From positions 868,001-932,000 of the forward strand of contig CAJFCJ010000006.1 in assembly GCA_904063045.1 (NCBI GenBank): DNA of 64,000 nt. Reading direction: 5' to 3'. This DNA is from Dimorphilus gyrociliatus (Eukaryota; Animalia; Annelida). The notes beneath the pieces are model-generated. The model saw nothing but the letters and a program-made list of their open reading frames with translations, did not search any database and was not told where the DNA came from. The position numbers and the translations under genes are program-made. This document shows, in pieces, positions 52,901-61,900 of the stretch (the first letter of the stretch is position 1; each line of letters opens with the position of its first letter).

Positions 52901-53096
52901 CTATTTTAGCATTAGGTGATAACTGAACTAAATTTCTCTGTCGTCTCTCCCTTTTCTTAACCCATGGTTTGCTATACGGATTATCTCCGTAGTCAAGGTA
53001 TAAGTCCGAATCACCGGCGCATTCGCTGCCAGCTTCCTCCCCTGACAAACTACTTGCTGTGGATGCAGAACAACTTTCTATTTCCTCTTCCGGCAT
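49997..53096 (-). CDS. Multi-C2H2 zinc finger protein (2 coding exons)
   Basis: Many CxxC..HxxxH fingers and the linker HT(A)GEKP across the short intron near 52178-52260. Confidence 0.92.
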
Positions 53097-53946
53097 TTTG
53101 GAACTGAAATATGAGTTTTAAGTAGGAACATTATAATATTTCTTCACTACAGCCCTGTTCAATACAAAATCTTTTGTCGACAAGTGAGATTACGGTCGTA
53201 TTGAAAAATTTCGCTATGAAAGAGTTGGGATGATAAAATAAAGTAACTTGAATTTCTGGATTAATCGAAATTTCATGGGCCAATCCCGACATTGCTTACT
53301 AAGATTATAAATTAATCAGTGCAAAACGAATATCATATAACCAAAGAAATTATAAAAGTCTTTGTTATTTTTATAAACTATTTTAAGCGATATGCAACAA
53401 TTTGACATCGCTAATAATGTTTGAACACCAGTTGGACCTCATTCTAACCACAATAGATACTTTGAACAGTTGCATCAACTCGGCCATGATTTAGTGTTTT
53501 ACGTGAAAAATTCATTGAGTACACCCGCTTTTCAAAGCGACAAAACATGTCTAATAGTAAGATGAAACAAAGGTTTTTCGTTGAAAAGTGTACTTAAGTC
53601 TCTTATCTATAGATTAACGATTAAAAATTTTGGCTAACCTTTACATAATATAGTTTATTTTGATGAACAGTCGAACGTCTTCCTTCAAGATGCTTTTCCT
53701 TTGACGGAAATTAGGTAGCAAGGCGTAGGCCTATACCTAGCGTTTTTCGTATTTTCATTGTAAACCATCAATTCTCTTATTTATTTGGAAGAAAATATTC
53801 GAAAAAAAATTTACTATAATCAAAATATTTTATAATTCTTAGATCATTCGAAAATAGCAGATTTATATCAATTAACTGAAGGTCAAGGTTAGTAATACCT
53901 TTCCGTTTCTTTTAAAAGACGGACAGAGAGAAAGTGAGGCCCGGAA

Positions 53947-54588
53947 ATGGTATTCTTAACCTTTATACGATCCGCACTAAACCAGGGTCCTGATAAATAT
54001 TGGAGAATTCAGCAACAACTTCGATTCTCATGGGTAAGTTTGATAACAGTGGAATTCTGAAGTGATCTTTATATTCGTTTCTCATGTGGTGCAGCATTTC
54101 TATGGTCGAAAAAGAAATTGTTATAAAATCGGAATGCGCTATGTTTTCAAAGCATTAAGATACGGTGTTAGTGGTAGAAAGGACAAGCTCAAAAATATGA
54201 GAGAACTCTGGTATAGGAGAATTAATGCAGGTTCAGAAGAGCATGGACTAGAAGGAAAAATGTTCCTAGAAGGGCTTGCAAGGGTAAACTGCTAAATAAC
54301 ATGTGTGCATTGTAATTATAAAGTTCTCTTTGTTTTAGTCCGAAATACAGTTAGATAGAAAAATTCTCTCTTCATTGGCCATATATGAACCTCGAACTTT
54401 CAAGGTAATAACTGTAGTATTAAAAGGGAAAATACTAACTTGTATTTTTATTTGCATTACAGAGCTTGTGCGAAGTTTCAAAAAATACCCTAAAGGAGCA
54501 CAATTTGCCTTTCCATGAAAAACATATAAATTCAAGACAAAATTTATTAAAAGATTTAATTAACAATGAAAAAAGTGTGGAAATTTAG
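53947..54588 (+). CDS. MRPL20: Mitochondrial ribosomal protein L20 (4 exons)
   Basis: MVFLT...GPDKYWR.../HFYGRKRNCY...RELWYRRINAGSEEHG...LAR/SEIQLDRKILSSLAIYEPRTFK/SLCEVS; stop TAG at 54586-54588. Confidence 0.93.
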
Positions 54589-54620
54589 CAATTGTTATGT
54601 ATAAAAGTTACGAATACAAT

Positions 54621-55532
54621 TTATTTTTGTAAATCTAACTGCGCAGATTGTCCAATAGCGATATCAACTGGTGAATCTTTAGGACTAAATATTGCTCTTG
54701 TAGCTAAATATCTTATAAAATCTTGATCTGAAAAGCCCAACGCAATTTTCAAATTTTTATTCACTTTTGCTTCATTTTCATATTGTTGCATTATCGCTTT
54801 TTTCGTTGCTTCTGCCTGTATAAGTACGACATTGGCATGACTTTTTGCCTTCTGTAGAATTATCTCTGCTGCATTTTTAATGTCCTTTAGTTTGTTTATA
54901 GCTATAATTTTTCTTTTTGGTGCTTCCTGACGAGCCACGTCTATATCTTCTCTTGCAGTTTCTTTGCTTTGTATTGCATTTTCATATTCTAAAGGTCTTT
55001 GGATATTCTGCATTTGTAGGTCGGTGAGATCTGTATAAACTGTCTCAAGTCGTTTAATCAGAGCATCTTTGACAGCTAGCTGGAATTGTCCCCTCTCGGC
55101 TTGAAACTGAGAAGTGTTGAACATAGAACAAGATTCATAAATCGCTGCCTTGGCTATATATTCAACCATCTCATCAAGTCCTTCTTGATCTTTAAATAAT
55201 AGTGTAACGTTATATAGATATTCTGATCTTACCCGATACTGAAATGAAAGAATGAGTTTAATCTCAATCTCATCTTTGTTTAAACAATGAAAGTCTTGAA
55301 ACTGCATTGATCGGAATACAGCTGAAAATTTTATAATTTGAAAACCAGGTTGACCAAGATAAAGCCCTTCATAAAACACCTCCTTCTGTAGATGTTTTTT
55401 GATAGAATCATATTTCAATCCAAATTCTGTTGATCCTATAGTCTGTATCGAAGTAACAACCAGTATTACAGAAGCAAGTAAAACAGCGATAATCAAGAAA
55501 ACGACTGCAATTTTAATAGATTTTCTTGTCAT
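54621..55532 (-). CDS. SPFH/band-7 domain membrane protein, tandem copy 2 (intronless)
   Basis: N-terminal TM (IAVVFLIIAVLLASVILVV), EFGLKYD, LSFQYRV, AIYESCSMF, DLQMQNIQRP and an Ala/Glu-rich coiled coil. The probable start is MTRKSIK at 55532. Confidence 0.85.
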   Translation of the reverse strand: MTRKSIKIAVVFLIIAVLLASVILVVTSIQTIGSTEFGLKYDSIKKHLQKEVFYEGLYLGQPGFQIIKFSAVFRSMQFQDFHCLNKDEIEIKLILSFQYRVRSEYLYNVTLLFKDQEGLDEMVEYIAKAAIYESCSMFNTSQFQAERGQFQLAVKDALIKRLETVYTDLTDLQMQNIQRPLEYENAIQSKETAREDIDVARQEAPKRKIIAINKLKDIKNAAEIILQKAKSHANVVLIQAEATKKAIMQQYENEAKVNKNLKIALGFSDQDFIRYLATRAIFSPKDSPVDIAIGQSAQLDLQK

Positions 55533-55978
55533 GTTTATTGTGGTTATGAAATTAATTGCTTTTTCTTCAATACAATATTCAAAACTCCTAATAGAGGTCA
55601 GTAGCAGTATGTATGGTTGACGTATCTTTGTAAGGCAAATTTTCTTCGAGAAAAGTAAAAACCCTTTGATTTGAATAAAAAGTAAATATAAATTTATCTG
55701 ATATTCCAAATGAAGTCTTTGAATAAAATGAGTACTTATGAGATAGAATAGGCGTCTACCAGGCCCTTATTAGTACATATCATAGTAACACCACCTATAT
55801 TAATCAATAAATTAATGATTTATTTTGAACAGCTTAATAGTTTCTTTAATTAAATATTATCTAATTTTTATTAAAGCGTGGCCATGTGAGATTTTTAACT
55901 TCCCTTAATAGATTGTTTATGAGTGAAATTGTGCTAGAACAAAATTTCAATTGAGTTCATGATTTCTTCTTCATTGAT

Positions 55979-56884
55979 TTAATTCAAATTTAATTCTGGT
56001 GGTTGTCCGATAGCTAAATCGATCGAACTATCTTTTTCGCTGAATATAGCCCTAGTTGCAAGATATTTGATGAAATCTTCATTTGAAAATCTAAGTGTGT
56101 TTTTCAAAGTTTTATAAACTGCAGCTTCAGATTCGTATTGCGTTTCTATTCCTTTTGCTTCTGCTTCGGCTGCTGTCAAGATAACTCTAGCATTACTGGT
56201 AGCTTTTTGTAATGTTATTTCTGCTTCGTTCTTAGCCTCTTCTAACTTATTTTTGGCCAGAGCCATGAGTCTCGGACGCTCCTGCCGAGCGACATCAATG
56301 TCTTCTCTTGCTGTTTCTTTATTCTGAACAACAATTTCATATGAGCGGGGCCGTTGAATGTTTTGCATTTGAAGATCCGCTATATCCGTGAAGACTTCTC
56401 CTAATCGTTTTAACAAAATATCTTTAACCGCTGTCTGGAATGACCCTCTTTCGGTTTGGAATTGAGAAGTATTAAAATTGGAGCAAGCTTCGTGAACAGC
56501 TGATTGTGCTACTGATTCAAGCATTTGATCATGGCCTTCCTCATCTTTGAAAAGACGAGTAACTTCATATAGAGCACTAACTCTTACTCTATACTGAAAA
56601 GATAGTTCCAAGTTTACTTTAACTTCATCTTTATTCAAGCATTCAAAACGAACTAACTGCATAGTTCTAAAGACTGCTGAATACTTGATAAAAGTGAAAC
56701 CAGGACTTCCCATGTGCAAGCCTTCATAGTAAACGTCTTTTTCCAATGACTTCTGCACATTATCATATTTTAAGCCGACTTCATGAGACTCTATCTCAGA
56801 TAGTGAATATCGGACCAAGATGATAATAGTTAGGGCAATGGCAAGTGCAAAAATACAAACAATTATTACATTCCTCTTCGACAT
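55979..56884 (-). CDS. SPFH/band-7 domain membrane protein, tandem copy 1 (intronless)
   Basis: Collinear paralog of copy 2 (EVGLKYD, LSFQYRV, AVHEACSNF, DLQMQNIQRP, AAEAEAKG). The probable start is MSKRNV at 56884. Confidence 0.85.
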   Translation of the reverse strand: MSKRNVIIVCIFALAIALTIIILVRYSLSEIESHEVGLKYDNVQKSLEKDVYYEGLHMGSPGFTFIKYSAVFRTMQLVRFECLNKDEVKVNLELSFQYRVRVSALYEVTRLFKDEEGHDQMLESVAQSAVHEACSNFNTSQFQTERGSFQTAVKDILLKRLGEVFTDIADLQMQNIQRPRSYEIVVQNKETAREDIDVARQERPRLMALAKNKLEEAKNEAEITLQKATSNARVILTAAEAEAKGIETQYESEAAVYKTLKNTLRFSNEDFIKYLATRAIFSEKDSSIDLAIGQPPELNLN

Positions 56885-57415
56885 GTTATTTGCAGAAAGA
56901 CAAAGAGATGCGAAATCAATGGACGCCTTTTGTAAGACCCTTAAAAATCTGAACCGCCAGCAGATGTCGCTAGGAGCAAACAGTAAAATCGCTGCTATTT
57001 TCATCCTACAAGAAGGTTCCCAATGCAATTTATCGCTCAAGTTAAAATTTAATTAGAAAAGTTGTAATTGTCATTTAAGAAATTAATAAAATAAATAGAT
57101 TTAATCAAAAATCATTAATTGTTAATTAAATATAAAACTACTTGTATTACCTTTATATTACACATGAAAGCAAATGCAAAGCAATTTCGAATATTATAAA
57201 TTATTCTATCCAATAGTTGAGTACTTTTTTTAAAGTTAGTATTATAAGGATCATTGTTACAATCACCAGGAATGTATTTTACGCAATCGAATATTTTAAG
57301 AATCTATAATTTGAAAGAATTTACACAACGTAGAAGAATTATCTGCCATTGCGTTATTCTGAATCGTTTGCTTGAAGTTTTCTGATAAACATTCTACAAT
57401 AATACAGTTTATAAA

Positions 57416-57444
57416 TATATATATATACTGTATATACTGTATAT
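57416..57444. repeat. (TA)n tract with two CTG interruptions
   Basis: Direct reading. Confidence 0.85.
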
Positions 57445-57494
57445 AAATGATATGTTTTTCAACGTTCATAATGTTAATATTCTACGAATCTTTA

Positions 57495-58319
57495 TTATGA
57501 TAATGGAGATTTTTTCCATACTCAGCTGGTTCTTTGTTTTCTAATTTATTTAAGAATGCTTCGTTCTTTCTTCTACGGTCACTTTCAAGTCTCTTCTGTC
57601 TTTGTTTTTCAGTTTCTTTATTAACCAAAGCCTTATTACGTTGAATTTGTTTCATATCCTCAAGTTTTTTTGACTCTTCTTTTTTTACAGCTGATCTATA
57701 CTCCTCTCGTTTTAACTGTTAAATTAATATATTTATAAATCTTTTACGCTAATTTATGTTTACGAACCCGAAGGTAATTTCTGTTTGATAAATTGGAAGA
57801 TGCTGGTGAAGGCTTCGGTTTTTCTAATAATCCACCTCCGGGTGTTCCAACTTCATTATAAACCTTTTTGCTTCTTGCTTTAAACTTGTCGTAGTTTTCT
57901 TCTTCTTTCTTTGCGGCTGTGTGAAAGTTCATTTTTAGCTATCTTTCATCATGGTTTGAGTATTTCAAATAAAGTAAGTAATTTTAAACTTTCAGATAAA
58001 TGCTTCATTATTGATTTGATTAATTTTTTTTTTTAAATTTGATGATTACTACCTCGTTGAATAGCATCTCTCTTTTTTGCATCAGGAGGAATTACTGTGA
58101 ACGCTCCATCAACCCTAAAAGCATGTATCGAGTTTAAATAAACATCAATAATTTAATTTTTAAAGAATACACTACACACCGGACCATTCTATCCTGAGCT
58201 GAAGTTTCCGGAGTTGCTTTGTGATTGCGCAAGCTGCTATCAGTTGGGCGAGCTCCGCTTGTACCATTAGGTCTTGTTTGGTTTGCTCTTGTTCGCCCAG
58301 TAGAATAAGTGTGGCTCAT
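57495..58319 (-). CDS. EPSTI1-like coiled-coil protein (multi-exon)
   Basis: Splicing gives GAFTVIPPDAKKRDAIQRAAKKEEENYDKFK...PGGG.../LKREEYRSAVKKEESKKLEDMKQIQRNKA...RRRKNEAFLNKLE, resembling EPSTI1 (AYTLIAPNINRRNEIQRIAEQE..LGG..LKREE..K.IQREK..AEFLSKL). A further 3' exon near 57290-57395 is possible. Confidence 0.7.
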
Positions 58320-58989
58320 ATTTAAATATTCTTGGAATTATAATATTGTACTTTTTGTTTCGATGTTTAGCAACGATAATAGTGTGGTTCTGCGCTGCAA
58401 AAATTTTACTATTTGCAAACTATTTCGGTCTAGCTAAAACACGGTATAGGTAGAAATTGGTTGAAATGAAAAAAGACGTAAATATTTATTCTACAATAAT
58501 CAGCTCATACTTTTTGAATGAATAATGCTATTTTAAGGAAATTTTAGTGAATGCGATATTTACAACAAATATTTAAATCTATTAGCCTTTTAAACTAGTA
58601 TTATTAGATTATGAAAATATAATGGTTAGAATGACATTAAAATGAAATTATTTAAAAGACAATAAATGTTATTTTCATATCTAATCCATTCTCAAATAAA
58701 TACTAACTACATAATCATATTTAATAGTTCTTTCATAATTAAGCCATTAACTAATTGACTTCTACAACAAACAAAATAATTAAAACATTTTACAAGGTGA
58801 CAGTATAATCATAGTGGTTTTAGTTATTAGAGATATCGAAAGTTGAGCATCGATCAGATACCAGTCTAGATATACAAAAACTTTTGGAGCATATAGGCAA
58901 AGACCTCCAAAAAGCTTCATAGCATATTCTTCGTGACTCGTGTCATAAAAAAATTGCATTTTTTAGTGCTAAAGACAATTAATATTACA

Positions 58990-61900
58990 ATGCTTCGAGC
59001 TAGGACGTTTAGAAGCCGTTCTTTGATAGCTTGTCTTAAACATAGACCTTGGCAAGTGTTTTTTCAAAGAAATCAATCTACTTCTGCAGGATCCGAGTCT
59101 TTTCTAAATGGAAATTCAGCAACTTACATTGAAGAAATGTATAAGGCATGGCAAAAAGATCCAGGAAGTGTACATTCTGTAAGTATTTTTATGTTTTACC
59201 CTACTTAGAGAAATGTAGATAACTTTGGGAAGGTGCCAACTGGGTTCTAAATTTAGATCAGTCAATAACCATGAATTACTGAGGGATCAATGACTACAGA
59301 GATTATTCATGACTTTACATCTCTCACGGTGTAATTTCCAATGGTTACCTAATTGGAATTAATGGTTATTTTTGTAAAATAACGGCAAATCTTTTTAAAG
59401 CGTATTATGTGAAAGATAACCAGTAAGATTTCAAATTTGCAGTCAAAACAAATTCTAGATCTTCAACATCCCCATATCCCTATGTAAGATCAGACTGCTA
59501 AAGGATAATGGAAAATGAAGGACGTAAAAGATAAAAAAAAATGACGAATTGTCCCAGCATGCGTTACAGATAAAAATTTAGTAGGCCTGTAGCTCCCCGC
59601 CAATTTCCGATAACAGTCGAAGACACAGAACAATTTATTTCTCTGGTCAATACAACTTTCATCTTTATCCTATACGCTTATTGTTTTTTAAAAAAAAAAC
59701 ATTCGTATACAAAATATATGAAAAATATTTGAAACAAAGGTATACCACAGAATGAACGGTGGAAAAAAACGTAAATGCCTCTTTTATGGATTGTTTTCTT
59801 GTATAGCTTTCTATCAATATAATTGATCGCCTTAGCTTTTTTGTGGCAAATTTTAGGTGTTTTTGAAAAGTTATATATTTCGCAATATTTAGTAAATTTA
59901 TATTTCTTCTTTCTTTTTAGTCATGGCAAGCATTTTTTCAAACTGGAACCTTTATATCTCCGACATCTTTAGGATCCAAAATGGTTGCTCTTGGACCGAA
60001 TTCGGATAAAGATGTTCAAGATCATTTAGCAGTTCAGGCGCTGATCAGAATGTATCAGGTTTGTCTATTATCGAATGTGTACACTTAGAATTTAAAAAAT
60101 AGAGAAGCTACGCAGGCTTGTTTCGTTCTGATCGCCATATTATTTTTGTGCCAGTAAGAGGGATTCTAAGCTTTTTTAGGTCTAGCTACTGAATCTTGTT
60201 GGTAGTACATAGGTCTAAAGCATTATTATGATTTTTTATTATTATAGAAAGTTAGCTGTAATTTTCCACTCTTCGCATTTTTCAAAATATCTAGATAATG
60301 ACTATTGTCCATTGAATTAAAATGTATTTATGTTTGGTATGACAGGATTATAAACTTTGTATTCGATTAAATATTACATTTTATTAATATATCATTGTAA
60401 GAAATATCATTTTCACTTTCAGAACTTTCCTCGAATAAAATATATTCTTTTTTAAATTTTAATTTAGTAACCTGAGATTTAGAATAAATTACTTTTTGTG
60501 GTCTCGTTTCGGAAATCAAGGGCAAAAAGACGAAGAGGTTGAAAGATTATTATAAAAGTGTTAGTTCCCCTGAATAGATTCCCCAATAATATTGATCACT
60601 TTAGACATATCATGCAAAACAAATCGATATATTTCTAATTCCAGTGTTATTTTGACAGAATTGAAACTCAGTAGTATACAAGGTCAAATTGTTGTACTAT
60701 TGACCTCTACAGTTACTAAACACAGCATTTATATGCTCTTTTTTTTTTTTAAAGATATTTTTTTATTTGTAAAGATATTTTATTCCTCTATCATTTATAA
60801 TAAAATTACATCCTTTTAGAAGTTTACTCAAACTAATATATATATATATATATATATACTTTACATTGAGGGACATTGTTTTTAATATGCTTTATCTTAT
60901 GTTTCATAGAGTTATTAACAATCGATCTTACAACTTTTATCTGTAGTTTTCCATTTTTCATCTTTTTACACGTTACCACTCTGACATCCGAAAATGATAA
61001 GTATAAACGTAATCATGTACTGCAGACCCAATACAGTCACTGGCGTGGGAAAAAAATTCTGTTTGTTAGTCAATTGTAGAATGAAGCCAGGGATTTTCCT
61101 TAGTGTATATTTTATAAATAGATATCATGTCAATTTCTTGTCTTTTTTTTATGGCGATCAGTTGATTACAAAATAAATCATTTCTACTTGCTGTTCCTAT
61201 TTTAAATAATTCTTTTGTAGATAAGAGGGCATGTTCTTGCCAAGCTGGATCCATTAGAAATAAAAGAAAGTGAAAAAGCCAACGATAATTTATCTACCTA
61301 TTACGATAGAGTAGAAAATCAATTATGTATGAATATACGAAGCAGATAATTACTTTAGAATTTCACTTAAAAACCTTGCTTTTCCAAATAGTAACTGAAG
61401 ATGCGAACAGAGTTTTCAAACTACCCGAAACGACATTTATTGGTGGCGAAGAGAAGAGTTTACCTTTAAAAGATATTGTATCAAGATTAAAGGTTAGTAA
61501 AATTACAACTTTTATACAAAAAACAAAGATTAGAATGTCTGTGCAAGAAGGGAGAGAAGCAAACTAATATAGCATTAGGAAATATGTAGGCCAAATGAAA
61601 CATTTCTGTTTTTCTCTTGCGTGCAATGCACTATAGGAGATCTTCCTTCTTTTCTTTCTTTTGGACTATTTGCGTGCCTGAACTAATATGATACAGTTTA
61701 AGGATATTATGCAGGTAACGTAAGGCAGCGTTTTACCGGGCGTGAAATTTAAATAATTAATTGTATAAATATATTCGTACCACTGAAAAACACTAAGATG
61801 CACTGGATTTAAGGTGCTTGATAGGTGCTGTCACATTTGTTTTATTAAAAGGAGGGAAGTCATTGACCCTCATCAATTCGTTTGCCTCCCGGACAGGCGC

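Noticed and set aside
56885-57040. N-terminal extension of the SPFH ORF (and 55533-55709 of its paralog)
   Set aside because: The extensions are not shared between the paralogs. Homology and the TM anchor begin at the downstream Met in both.
60150-60200. GTAAGAGGG (VRG) as a possible alternative IRGH-type OGDH exon
   Set aside because: The adjacent AG puts TAA in frame, and there is no His or LDPL motif.
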